DNA of 64,000 nt, from assembly GCA_951804945.1 (NCBI GenBank), contig OX638153.1, positions 27,280,001 to 27,344,000 on the forward strand, in the 5' to 3' direction. Shown piece by piece: positions 37,697 to 50,533 of the stretch. The notes under the pieces are model-generated. The model was not told the DNA's origin. It worked only from the letters and a program-made list of their open reading frames with translations, and searched no databases. Both the position numbers and the translations under genes were made by a program. Each line of letters begins with the position of its first letter. Within the stretch, counting starts at the first letter, position 1. Source of the stretch: Podarcis cretensis (Eukaryota).

Positions 37697-37769
37697 ACAA
37701 TGCAGGAATCTTTTGCCCAATGTGGGGTTCGAACCCAGAAACCTGAGATTTAAGAGTCTCATGCTTTAC
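37697..37769 (-). mobile_element. tRNA-Lys-derived SINE fragment
   Basis: Reverse complement matches tRNA-Lys(CTT) GAGCATGAGACTCTTAATCTCAGG..GGGTTCGA.CCCCAC.TTGGGC, then a CR1-like ATTCCTGCATTG. Confidence 0.75.
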
Positions 37770-38759
37770 ACACACACACACACACAAACGACATTTTTGC
37801 TTAATATACACATTTTTTACAATGCATACTTTCCCTAATATGATACATTTCTGTATGTTATTTTCACTAATATATGCATTTTTTTTCACATTTCATCCAT
37901 GTGGGGTAAAGCAGGCCTCTGAAGAGAGTAGGATTGAACTCTCCTCTTGTCAGCTGGTGAGCAGAGAGTTCAGTCCTGCAGGGTGCTGCTTTGCCAGTGC
38001 ATTCCCTGTAGGGAATACTGATTCTCCCTCCCCCCGCCCCAATCCCACAGGGCAGCTTTGACAGGTTGGCAAGACTGCCCACCTATCAGCCACATGGCGC
38101 CATCATGATGCAGGGCCTAGAAAGTAGACAACAGCAAACACAATGGAACTTACCTCTGAGTAAATGTGAGCATTGGTTCATGCTACATGGTGCATGCATT
38201 TATCATGCACCACGAGGAAGTACTTTTGAAAATGTTCCCTTGTCTTTCCCACTGAAATGCTCCCCAATATTATATTACTATATCTGGACCGACACAGGTC
38301 AACATCTGAAAAATAAGGAGCTATGGAATTTGGATGCTTGAAATAAGGAACATCTATTACACTCCACAGAAGTGAGACACTGAGAAATAAAGTGCAGCCA
38401 CTTTATCTTATATAAAGGACAACCAGTTGCAAGGTGCCATTCTATGAAATAAGTCCTTTCTCATAACTTTAGGTCGATAAATATCAAGCCAGATGGGAGA
38501 GTGCCACCTACTGACTCGCTTGCTCATCTTCCTTTCAAAATCCTGAGTTGCCAGTTCTGACATTGCTGTCCTTATTCTGAATGCTGCTTACTTCTGAGTA
38601 GGTATGCATAGGGTTGTACTGTAAGGGAAGGGTAAACTGTGCACCAGGAGATCAAAGATCAAAGATAGATCCCAGTTTTCATACTTCCCCTGCCACAGGT
38701 GGAAAAGAAGTGGATATTAGCGGCGGGGGGGGGGGGTCATAAAAACAACTTGCAGGGGA

Positions 38760-38804
<45 letters not shown>
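38760..38804. repeat. (AAT)n microsatellite
   Basis: Seen directly. Confidence 0.95.
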
Positions 38805-38805
<1 letters not shown>

Positions 38806-39855
38806 CAAAGCACTCCCAAGGTGCCATTGCTGTGATCAGATCTGCAGCCTCAATTTCCCTTTAAAACAAAACATCAGCACTGAAAGATTGATCACAGACC
38901 TCCACAGGCACATGTAGCTTAGCTCTGAATTAAGTAATGTTTGCTCATTATTTTAGTAGCTCTGCTCTAGTGCCTTAAACACTGGCCTGGCAGACAGAAA
39001 TCAAACAGGCTAAGTTGTTTTTCAGCACTGTGATTAATGAATTGGGGAAAGTTTCAGTCACTATTTTTTTTCTTCCAAGACAGACGGGTTGATATTAGAA
39101 GCACTGAGGCAGAGGCAGTGATAGCTGTCAGCCCTGAATATATCATTTTTAAAGAAGCTCAGCAGAGATACTGTAGTCCTTTGCATTGTCCTGGTCTCTC
39201 CTCCCCGCCCCAACCCCATCAAGCATTTTTCTTTTTTTAAAAAACTTTTTTTGAAAGAAAATACGTTGCCCCGTAAAAAGAATCTAAATGGCCACAAAAA
39301 TATTTCCTATGGACTGGATGCCTCTGGTAGTATATGATACTTAAGCAAAAAGAAAAAAAGTATTGAATAATTTATTTGGTGAAATTGAATTGTCATATAT
39401 GCAGATAGCATAGTAATATTAATGCCTGCCTTTAATGTACTGTTGTCATTTTATGTTCTAGGAGCTCTAGGCAAATTTTGCATTTTAAATCCATCCTAAC
39501 GCCTCATTTATCAACAGGGAGGGTTCCTAAAGATATCAGATTTCTGTGCCCTCAATCTGCACTGAGGTTCCCTTGCTGGACCAGGAGACATACACACAGG
39601 CTAAATATGTTTGCATATCTGCATGCAGTTCTCATTCAGAAGTGAAACATTGCAGCCCTCATTTGTGGCCCCTCATTTACACTACAAATGGCTGTGCTCA
39701 TTTCCATCCCTGTCTTGGACTATATGTATGTCGTGGTGGTTCTCTAATGGGCCCCCTCTGGCTTCTCTAGCAGTGGCAGCCAGCTTCCAAGGTGGCAGTG
39801 GCTGTCAGCTAGGCTCAGGAGTGGCCATATTAATTTCAAATAACACCTCTAATGC

Positions 39856-39856
<1 letters not shown>

Positions 39857-39905
<49 letters not shown>

Positions 39906-40222
39906 TTATTTATACCCCACCCATCTGACTGGGTTTCCCCAGCCACTCTGGGCAGCTTCCAACATAATATTAAAATACAATAGTCTACTAAACATTTAAA
40001 GCTTCCCTAAACAGGGCTGCCTTCAGATGTCTTCTTAAAAGTCTGGTAGTTGTTGTTCTCTTTGACATCTGGTGGGAGGGCGTTCCACAGGGCGGGTGCC
40101 ACTACCGAGAAGGCCCTCTGCCTGGTTCCCTGTAACTTGGCTTCTTGCAGTGAGGGAACCGCCAGAAGGCCCTTGGCGCTGGACCTCAGTGTCCGGGCAG
40201 AACGATGGGGGTGGAGACGCAT
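39857..40222 (-). mobile_element. L2-type LINE 3' fragment with an adjoining (AAT)n tract (39857-39904)
   Basis: ORF 40007-40300 includes RTLRSS..GLL.VP....GTRQRAFSVVAPALWNALP. Confidence 0.82.
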
Positions 40223-41737
40223 ACCTTCCATCATACTGGGGACCAAAATCGGGACAATCCTTTGTTGGTCCTGAGCTCTCACACCTATGTGTGAGAACAC
40301 AAGACAAAAAACGAGTGGCTTTCATGCGCTCTGGCATGACCTGACTGACTCGCACCAGACCAAAAAACAGGACATTCTGGGATCCAATCAGAAGCCGAGA
40401 TTTGCTTTTATAATTCCAGGATGTCTTCTTAACATAGGGTGGTTGAGTGGTATGCTGATGTAGCATTTCCCCCAGAGGATTGTGGGAAATCTAAGCAGTT
40501 GCTTCCTGAACATGACCACTTTTTAAAAAAGGGGATTATGACAGGCATCAGCAGTGTGTCTTTCTGGAGTACTGTGCTAAAGCCCTGGCAGTTGCTCAAG
40601 GACGCTGCATGCTGACACCAGGTTTGGTTATTGTGTGCTGTGATACTTGTATGGGAACCTAAATTGCACTCCCCAAGCTACAGAATCCTGAGCAGTTTCC
40701 CTGAAATGCTACACACACAAACATCCAAGTGACTAAGTTAAGAGCACTTGCAGTAAAAGGGTTGCCAGGTTGCCAGTTAAAAATTCCTGGCACCAGCCAG
40801 TGTCATTTAATCTTTGCAAAGATTAATATATTTCTGGCTGCTGCTTTGTGTCTTCCGCAAGCAACGCTCTCCTTATTGCTTTCAAAGTAGCTTGGAGTTT
40901 CTTGCATGTTTTCTTTTGCTACTAAGGTCAATTTCCACTGTAATTGATGTGCGTGTTTACTTAGCTCCCTTGGGTGACTTGAACAGCAAAAAGAGCCAGC
41001 AAAATGCTGTAGTTTCAGATGCTGCCATACAGGTTCCTGCAAAGAACACTGTAGATCAGAGTGGGGTGGGGGAATCATTTTGTAAAGTGCTGAATAAGGA
41101 GAAAGTCACAGCATCAGCCACAGCCTTCATTTCCACTACTGTTCTTATCCTGTTTCTTGAATTGATTCCTTGAGGGGCTGAAGCCCAATCAACAAGACTT
41201 AATCTGAGCCTATTAATGTTCAGACAGCTATTGCTTCCATGCATTACCTGCATTAAGGATTCTCCGGGGCTTAGCACGTTTTTAGTAGTTGGAAAAATGT
41301 GAAAAAAATAAAGGAAGGCCTGCGTTTGAGTACACGCAGAATGTTTGCCTCCTCAGTACTGTGTCACCACACACACACACATGCAGATTTAGCAGCAGGG
41401 CTGGTTCAAGACCTTTTGCTGCCCAAGGCAGAACATCAAATTGTGCCGCTCCCATCCCTGCTAGTCAACGTGGAATGTACCCAAGGCTGGTCAGTCTGTT
41501 TTGGCTCCCCAGGCTGAAAATCCCTCAACTATTTCTCTCTGGAAGCAAAGATACAGCGACGGTGCATTTAAGAACTAACCATTTGCTACCCTTTCATGAT
41601 ATCCTTGGAACAGTTGCCCAAGTCACATGCCCCCATTCTGCCTAACAGTAGGGCCGGCACTCTTTTAGTGGAAAGGAACTGAGCAAACTGGTATGTTGTG
41701 GGGAATATGGGTTGAGTGAATCAGTCAAGGTTTGGAT

Positions 41738-41933
41738 GTCGTAAACTCAGTGGTTAAAGCATCTTCTTAGTAGGCAGAAGGTCCTGGGTTCACTTCTCAG
41801 CATCCCCAGGTAAGATTGAGAGAGACCTGTGTCTGAAACTCTGCAGAGCTACTCTGCCAGTCAGTGTAGACAATACTGAGCTATAATAGATGGACCAATG
41901 GTCTGGCTCTGTAAAAGGCACCTTCCTATGTCC
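41738..41933 (+). mobile_element. tRNA-derived squamate SINE, decayed
   Basis: A-box-like CTCAGTGGTTAAAGCA, B-box-like GGGTTCA, body GCCAGTCAGTGTAGACAATACTGAGCTA, tail TTCCTATGTCC; related pieces near 18695 and 59720. Confidence 0.65.
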
Positions 41934-41944
41934 ACTATACATAT

Positions 41945-42095
41945 TTATTTTAACTTTTTTGCATGCATATCCTGCCTTTCTTCCATGCATGTGGGTCTCG
42001 AGTGGTATATCATCCAAGCACACCCCAGGCCCAGTCTGCTTAGCTTTAGCAAGGTGGGGGCGCTGGCCTTGAATGCCTTCAGACCCTGGAACCCA
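41945..42095 (-). mobile_element. 5S rRNA-derived SINE-like fragment
   Basis: Minus strand AAGCTAAGCAGACTGGGCCTGGGGTGTGCTTGGATG versus 5S AAGCTAAGCAGGGTCGGGCCTGGTTAGTACTTGGATG; A-rich 3' end. Confidence 0.6.
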
Positions 42096-43283
42096 GCTTG
42101 CCATTTAACCAACATTTAGCACATTACGGCTCAGCTTAAATTCAGATGAAAATGTGGGAACCCAGTGTAGAGCACAGGTTCAGCTGGAAACAGCACACGT
42201 GGAAAAGCAGTCATATGACCACTTCTGCATGCCAACCTCCCAGAAAACCATGAAAACTGGTAGATCAGCTGACATATTGCAGACCTACTGACCCCCAATG
42301 GTAAAGGTGGTATAACTCAGGGAATATCCTGCAGGTCCAACAGTGGATGCTGGAAAGGTGACTGAGTAGTCAGCTGTGGGAACATCATATTATCTCCTCT
42401 AGCCTCTGTCACCCCTTAACAGAAAGGCCATGATAGAATTTCAACTGCCCTGATCAATTACTAGAACAGGAGGGTAAGGAAATTTGGCATCCTACTTTTC
42501 TATTTTCTGTAAGGTTTTTTAAAAGGAGAGAGAGAGAAGTCCTTTATCTGAGTACATTGCTTAAAGGCAATTCGTCCTTTCTTAAAATTCAGGCTCCTGT
42601 AAGAAGAGAATCATGCTCTGTGCATGCTCAGGTGCCCATGTCTGGTTACTGAGCCACATTTTAAGAACTCCCACGTTAGGCCTTTGCATTCAGTGGGGCT
42701 TAGAGCCACTTCTGTCTTTTTAAAAATTAACAAGTCGTCACTTTCCTCCCTCCTAGAAAAGGCCAAAGTACTGTAGATATAACAGCAACAGATCCATACG
42801 CTTAAACCTAGTATCTGCTGCAGTCACACTGAAAGCAGTGGATGAGAGTCCAGTTTGAAGAGCAAAATGGGCACATGAATGAAGAGTCCAATACTCTTCT
42901 TACCACCTAACTTCCTTCAGCTCCTCCCCCAAAGCCTTTTCTCCCAGCTGGGCACATGGTATCAGAACATGGTTGAAGGGAAATCAGCCTTGCGGATGGA
43001 ATGAGGAGCTAATCTGGGGGCAGGTATGTGAGAGAGAGTTCTGGATTCCTCACCTTCCTGTTCTTTTTCACTCTCAAACCTCAGTGCCACACCTGCATTC
43101 AGTGTGACTGCCCCTAATCAAGAGTTTTAATTAATTAAGCGTCTACCCAATCTTGGCTCCTGTCCTGTTCAATATATACAAAAGTGGCATTGTTGCCTCC
43201 TTTTTTTTCCATTGCCAAATTATGCCTCCAAGCCGGCCGCAAAAAAGTACTACTGTTTCCTCGTGTTCCAAACGATGCTGTAA

Positions 43284-43428
43284 TTCTATCCCAGGTGAGG
43301 TAGGCCAGGTTGAGAGACTCTGACTGGCTCAAGGGCATCCAGTGACCTTCATGGCTAAAGAGGGATTCGAACCCTTGTCTCCAAGGGACTGCTAGCCCAA
43401 CACTCTAACCACTGCACTGCACTGGCTC
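43284..43428 (-). mobile_element. tRNA-derived MIR/CORE-like SINE, decayed
   Basis: Minus strand GTGGTTAGAGTGTTGG...GGGTTCGAATCC..GCCATGAAG..CACTGG..CCTTG.GCCAGTCA; similar remnants near 600-780. Confidence 0.65.
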
Positions 43429-44123
43429 TTACATACTGATTGGCTGCCGCATCTAGTGTGGCCCCAGGAGCAGGTGGCAAATCTTCTGATTTGAGGAAGC
43501 ATCCCACGCCATCCACAAATATTTGTGTGCAAGGAAAAGGAAATAACCATCCTTGTCTTTGTTAAGTTCTTTGAAAATATCTTTCGCTAGAGCAGCCCTA
43601 ATGAATTATTTATCCGTTTTTGGTGTGTGTTCACAGCCGTTTTAATTTGAAGAGATCAGCAGTTTTATTCAAGTTATTTATTCAAGATGTTAAATGTAAA
43701 TACGACATCTTTGCATCCGGAGCGAACCATTTGCATTAGAGTTCTAAATAGCAGTTAATAAATTTCAAGGATTTTGCTTGGGGGGTGGGGAACGCGTACA
43801 TTTCCCTTTTTTAAAAAAGAGAGAGAGAAAGAAAGAACACACTGAGATGATGAGTTAAATAAATCAAGGTTGCCACCATGTTTATGAATAGAAGCACTGT
43901 GAACTGCTGCATTACAGGCAGAAATCAGCAGGTGAAGTGTTTCCCTTTAAAATACCCTTGCTCAGGCACTATTCCCAAACAGGATACATCCCACACCATG
44001 CACAAGGCCACACACGTCAACCTGACCCCCAAAGTCTCTGCATGCACGGTCCCTGCCAGTTACACCCCCAAACTTTCCATATTGAGCAGGAGTGTGCAAA
44101 AGAGGGCTATACGTGTGTTTGGC

Positions 44124-44735
44124 TGTCACAGGAGCCAGCCAGTAATCACACAGTTCAAAGTTGGAGTTAACACTTTCTTAGCAAAAACACAATCGCTACA
44201 GATTAGATTGAGTGTCAGGCTTAATGAGCACAACAGCTCATACCTGGTAGGTCTTGCTCCATGAATCTGTTGCTGGGACTGAAAGTCCCTGTCTCCCCAC
44301 AGCCGTCTACATCCCCAGGGCTTTTTCCAAGCAATTGGAGACTACACCTGCAAACAGCCAACCTCTCCTCTGCCCTTTTCATGCCTCTTCTATTTCTGGG
44401 AGACGGGGAGGGGAGAGGGGAGCTTATTACAGCAGGTGGGGGAGACCCACGACTCTTCACCAGCCTGACCCATCTCTGCCTCTTGGCTCCCCCTGCTCCC
44501 ACTCGCCTGCTTCAGCTTCTGCCTCTGATTCCGGACTTCTCTCTGCCACAGGCTCTCCCAGCTCACTACGCCCTGTTCCCTCTTCAGCTTCCGACACCTC
44601 CTCTTCCCATTCTTCTTCTTTCTGACCACTGAATGTTGTCTTACCACCAATCCCCGGGCTCTGAGCCTTCTTCCCTCAGTGGTTCCCAAAGCTGCTTCCT
44701 CCTACCCTTCCACTGTGTCCATCCAGGCCATGACA
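44124..44735 (-). mobile_element. Solo LTR, family copy 2
   Basis: TGTCA...TGACA termini, collinear with 13531-14125; flanks TTGGC/GATGT do not form a TSD. Confidence 0.85.
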
Positions 44736-46659
44736 GATGTGGTGGCGAGTTAAAACAAAAAGCGAAACACAATTAGCAAGCAATTATGATAATGTTTGGC
44801 TCCCCAAGTCCTGAAAAGCTGTGCATTTGTGCAGACTTCTTTGTACCTTGGACTTGAACCAGGTTCCTCATCCCCCACACCCCCATTTCTTTTCTGGACA
44901 GTAGGTAGCCTGCCATCGTTAAGCCCATCAAAAACCTGCCTTTTCTCTGTGACATTTAGACTTTTATTGGGAGAAATGTTCAAAAGGAGACCGTCAAACC
45001 TTTCAAGATAAAAAGAAAGGCCAGATTAAAAATGGACAAAGCACTGCCACGAACCAGCTGAGAGAATTGGTGTGTGAGCATCTTTACTCCCCCGCTTTTC
45101 ATCATTCTCCAGAATGAGATGAACTGATGATGGGCATGTGAAAGTACACGGCTACTGCAAGGATCCAAACCCATGATTCTGACAGCCGTTTCAAATATGA
45201 GCACTTTCCCTAGAGGAAAAAGTGCAGTGCCAGTGTGTATGTCACAAAGGCATGGATTTCCCCATATGAACCACCTCTCCCCATATGAACCAACCAGGAC
45301 CCCGTGGTCATCACCTATTAACAGATGTGAAGCAAACAGCAATGGCTTTTTGGTGGTGGCTCCTCAGCCTTGGAGGAATAGCCTTCCCATAGAGGTTTGC
45401 CGGGCACCTTCTCTATTGTTTTCCCCACCACCACCAGATGAGAACCTTTTCAATTGTGTTTTGAGTCCCAGTCATAAATTCACCTTTACCTTCCCCCATG
45501 ACAGAGCATTTTATGTGCCTTCTCACATACAACACCTCACCTGCAGCATGAAGAGATATAGGGCAGAAAAAGTTTTAGCAGTTCTGTTGTATGTACAAAA
45601 TGGCGTGGTGCTACCTCTGCATTGCCTAACACTTCCTTGCTGCAAATAAGCTTTGGCCCCCTCCTCTGCTTGCTATTTTGCCTGAAGCTGCTGCCCCCCC
45701 CCCCCCAAAAAAATACTCCAGTTCTATGTTTGTGAAAGCCATATAAATTACCACCTGGGTACTCACCCAGGCCCAATTGTAGCTCCAAATTTTGTGTGTG
45801 TGCATGCATGTGTGTGTGCATTTTCCAATGAACTCCAGCAGCCTTATCAGTACTGCCAATTCACACCTCTGTATAGGTGTCAGGTTCTCCTGAGTATAAA
45901 AGCTATATTTGCCACAGTCCCGTGGGTAAGGCATATTCATAGAGCAGCATTTTAATGGAAAATCTTCCTATTATCTTTGGCGCAATAGAATGGGGGGAAG
46001 CGGGAGGAATACATCACAATTGCTAACTTCCCCCAGAGAATTCAGACCAATATTTACATTGATTTTGTATTTCATTTGACACAAAATATTTTCACCCCCG
46101 GGGAAATCACGGCCATTTGTGGCTTCTCCATAAACTGTCTTCTAAGGACTAATTTGTTCCATACAGTTGCTTGGCAGTGGACATGAAAGAGCAACACAAT
46201 AAGCAAAAGCACTCAGTGTAAACTCTGGAAATGGGTTTTAGAAAAACTAGAATCCTTATGGAGTCCCTGGAGTTTGAAAGTTGCTCTGCTTTTTAATGGA
46301 TCATAGGTAGACAAACAACAGCTATTAAATCTGATGGCCCCATTTATTTTGGCGAGTGGCTGATTTTCTAAACATCCATAAAAGCCCTCTGTGAGAGAAT
46401 ACAAGCTGGGCTGAGTTTTACACTTGCTCAACGCCTGCTATATTTTCCCCAGTTTAAGAAGAATGCCCATTGATTTAACACCTTTGTAAAGATGAGCCTG
46501 TGAAATGGTCAAGAAAATGGTTATTTCAGCCGGGAAGGGGGGGGGGGAACCCATCTAAATATCATGCAGGATAATATGTGGAAACTTGTCTGAATTTTGT
46601 TAGGTGTACATGCTTCCTTGCAAATGCACCTCTTGCATACATGCATCCCCCAAAAATTG

Positions 46660-47111
46660 TTTGTTTATTTTATTCAAGTTCTGGACCACCCTTCATCTGA
46701 GAATCACAGGGCAGTGTACAATATAAAAACACCAAAATGCATACCATAATAACAAACAAAAACAATGCACACCCCCCCCCCAGTTTAAAAGGCCATAGAT
46801 TGTTTAATTAGCCAAAGGCTTAGGAGAAAAGGAATGTTCTTGCCTGGCACCTAAAGATATGTAACAAAGGTGCCAGGGGAGCCTCCCTGGGGAGCGCATT
46901 CCACAAACTGGGGAGCCACCACAGAAAAGGCCTGCTCTCATGTTACCGCCCTACGGACCTCTCACAGAGGAGGCACACGAAGAAGGGCCTCAGGTGATGA
47001 TTGCAGGGGCCAGGCTGGTTCATATGGGGAGAGGCAGTTCAGATGGGGAAATCCAGGCCTTTGGAATTGTCACATGCAATGCCCTACACACTGGCACTGC
47101 ACTTTTTCCTC
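46660..47111 (-). mobile_element. L2-type 3' fragment with a head shared with 45213-45440
   Basis: AFSVVAP.LWNALP-coding region on the minus strand; inverted similarity to 45213-45316. Confidence 0.65.
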
Positions 47112-48587
47112 CATGGAATCCTAAAATAGGGTTTGGATCCTAAAATAGATTAACAAGGCGGTTCGCTGAAGGGGAGTTTTCCCTACTTTCCTAGTCCCTA
47201 CACCTTCAGCCCTTGAAAAACATCTTATAGAACAGTTGGGTAGCCTCCTGCACAATGTGGGATGGGGTGCAGAGATGGGAAACTCGCCTTTTTTAACTTC
47301 CTTAAGTTAACTTCTCAGGATCCAAGTCAAATTTTGTGGCAGGAATTGGATTGGACTCAATGAGCTTTTAATGCATACTGCTCAACCATCCTGATTTGAG
47401 TAGGACATTAGAGGAAGCCATTTTTGCCCAGCGCTCTGGTGCAAGTCAGCTGGCTCATGCCAAAGTGCCAGACCAAAACACACTTGCTTTTTTTCTGGTC
47501 TTGTGCTATCATGCGAATCCGCTGGCTTCCTCAAGAGCTCAGGACCAAAAAAATGACCACCCCAGTTTTGATCAGTGGGATGTTGTAGAGTACATTAACA
47601 GCTTCTGGCTGAATGGTTTCATCATTGTACCAGAGGGTAGGATCCGAACCAACCGATTCAAATTACAAGAAGCAAGGTTTAGATTGAACCACAGTGTATG
47701 GATTGCAATCCAACGTTTAGCAATCTATTTAGGAAAATCATAAAGCCACAGCAGCACGGTTCACCGTGCCACTGCTGTGGATAATAAGATGGAGAACATT
47801 TTCCACATATTCGCTCGTCAGTGTCACACAACAAACCTATGAGGTGGGTTAGTATATTCAGTTTCACCATTGCAAAATACTTTAAAATAATTTCGGTCAT
47901 CTTGATGCTCCAGACAGACAATAGCCCTGGAGGCAGATGGCTACTTGACAGGCAGTTAGCTGGCTCATTAATTTGTGAATGGAAACGATCAGGAAACATA
48001 TGGAGATAACATCAGCAATAGTTAGATAGATACTGTCCATATACGTTTATATGTGAGAAACCATTAAACTATTGATAGGCTAGACAGCAGCAGCAAGGTT
48101 AAATTACGCCATATTACATCGAAACTTCTTCCTCACCCCAGTTATGAGCCGATTTTCCCTGGATGGGGGCATCCTTCCCAAATTCAGTTGAAGTCAGACA
48201 GGTCTCTGCTGCCTGTTGAGCTTCTGGCACCTACTCAATAGCTTTTTAAAAATTCATCAGGTATTTTAACTGAATTCTGATTTTATGGCTTTAGACAAAT
48301 TTCATCTTCATTGCCTTTAGTTCCTTGTACTTCTTAGAAACTACTGCAATTAAGTGGCATGCAAATTGTAGAAAACCAATCAACCAATAAGACAGGTATG
48401 TACCCATTCGAAACCCACTAAATCAAAGGCAGCATGTGTCGCGGCCTGCTGAGTGAATTGATAATCCCTTATTCCTGCAATTCCAGGAAGTACACACAGG
48501 AAATTTATCAAGTTCTTGTGTGTGGCAATACATAGCCATTGGCTGATATTAGTCTTGGTGGGTCATGTTGTGCAGGAAGGGAGGAGA

Positions 48588-48937
48588 GTGCTGGAGGAGA
48601 CTCTTGAGAGTCCCATGGACTGCAAGAAGATCAAACCTCTCCATTCTTAAGGAAATCAGCCCTGAGTGCTCACTGGAAGGACAGATCCTGAAGCTGAGGC
48701 TCCAATACTTTGGCCACATCATGAGAAGAGAAGACTCCCTGGAAAAGACCCTGATGTTGGGAAAGATTGAGGGCACAAGGAGAAGGGGATGACAGAGGAT
48801 GAGATGGTTGGACAGTGTTCTCGAAGCTACGAACATGAGTTTGACCAAGCTGCGGGAGGCAGTGGAAGATAGGAGTGCCTGGCGTGCTCTGGTCCATGGG
48901 GTCACAAAGAGTCGGACATGACTAAACAGCAACAACA
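48588..48937 (+). mobile_element. BovB / RTE LINE 3' fragment
   Basis: CWRRLLRVPWTARRSN.SILKEISPECSLEG..LKL.LQYFGH.MRR.DSLEKTLMLGKIEG; (CAA)n tail. Confidence 0.95.
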
Positions 48938-49114
48938 AAGGCAAGATAACTCATCTGTACACCCACAAACCAAGAGATAGAGTGGGACCCAACTAGGTAG
49001 TAGTAGTTAGTCTAGCTAGTTCTTGCTATTCCATTCAATGAGGATAGTTCCAGGTGTATTGATGGCTGGCCTTCCTCTATATTCGGTCTGAAAGGACTTA
49101 GATGCTGGATATGA

Positions 49115-49290
49115 AACAAAGTAAAAAAATTCCTCCCAGTAGCACCTTAGAGACCAACTAAGTTTGTTCTTGGTATGTGCTTTCGTGTGCATGCACACTT
49201 CTTCAGATATCTGGTCTCTAAGGTGCTACTAGAAGGATTTTTTTTTACTTTGTTTCGACTATGGCAGACCAACACGTCTACCTAACTGTA
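49115..49290. mobile_element. Short Penelope-type insertion, copy 2, with inverted 5' arm
   Basis: 11-bp TSD GCTGGATATGA at 49104-49114 and 49291-49301; inverted arms ~49113-49156 and 49212-49256; hammerhead motif on the minus strand at 49173-49210. Confidence 0.8.
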
Positions 49291-49730
49291 GCTGGATATG
49301 ATTGAGAGCAAACTACATATTAAATTAAATGCATGGTTTGCACTTGCATCTTTAATTTCAAACAAACTAACAAACAATGGATTGAGAGGGGGCAATCCAG
49401 TCAGGACTGTGCTGGGAGTGGATGGGAGATTAGCCCTTTTCCTTATACCATACTCTAGATGAAATCCCCCTCCTCCCGAGAGCTGCTATTTGCCCAGGTG
49501 GGGAGCTCTTATTGGTGTCACTAGTTGCATTTCTCCCTGTGCAAATAGCAGCTTGAGGGCAGAGGATTTCCATCAGGACTTGGCCTGGCAAGGAGAGGAT
49601 TAAGCCCAAAAGGAGAGGATCAATGGCAGCTGTCAGAAAACCACAAGAACTAAAAAGACAGTTGCACAAATAGAGATGATTCCCAATGCATTTTGGGAAA
49701 AAAAATCTTGACAAAAGAAATTGTTTTTTA

Positions 49731-49731
<1 letters not shown>

Positions 49732-49772
<41 letters not shown>
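49732..49772. repeat. (AAT)n microsatellite
   Basis: Seen directly. Confidence 0.95.
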
Positions 49773-49773
<1 letters not shown>

Positions 49774-50533
49774 CTTCTGCTTAGGTGAGCTGTAGTAGAA
49801 AACTCATCCTAAGCAGTTTAAAAAATAAAGGAGCTTGAAACATTTCCTTTGATAGTTTCCTGAAATGCATTAGGACACTTGTCTTTTAGAAAAGGATTAT
49901 TAACCTTTTCTCCACCCCAAACACACCTCAATCTGGACCACCCCCTCAGCCCTCCTCCTTTTAAAAAACACAAGCCATGCACTTAACATAAAGTGCTGCT
50001 GGATCTAAGTCTTGAGTTGAATGGGGGTTATTCCCAGGTAAGTGGGTATAGGATTGCAGTCCAATACATCAAAACAGAGGTGTTATCAGCCTCTGTCTGA
50101 AAACCACTTAGGTTCTTTGTTTCCAAACTAGGAAAAATATGGAATTGCAAACCTCTAATTAAAACCCTAATGTATTAATAGTTACTGTCATATTTAATCT
50201 GAGCAATCATTTCTTTTCCCCTGCAAACAAAATTGGCATGAAATGGATTGCTCTGATCTCTACTGAAGTCACAGAGAGGGGAAAAAATGAGTTTGATTTC
50301 CCTTGCAGTGCTCTTTCACATGAGCTTATGAACCCTGTAAGTAACAAGAGGTACAACAACACTGTGTGAATATGTGCTTCATTTTATGAGGTCTACATTT
50401 GCATCTGCTAAATTCCAAATGACCTCGCTGGCAGAAAAATTACAACCTTGCAGCAAGGAAATGATAATGCAGGCTACAATGCAGACGCTATTTCCCCCTT
50501 TTGTCAATGAAAGCAAACAGACACAGCTGAATA

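Noticed and set aside
41991-42046. 5S rRNA gene
   Set aside because: Only a partial, diverged match to the internal control region
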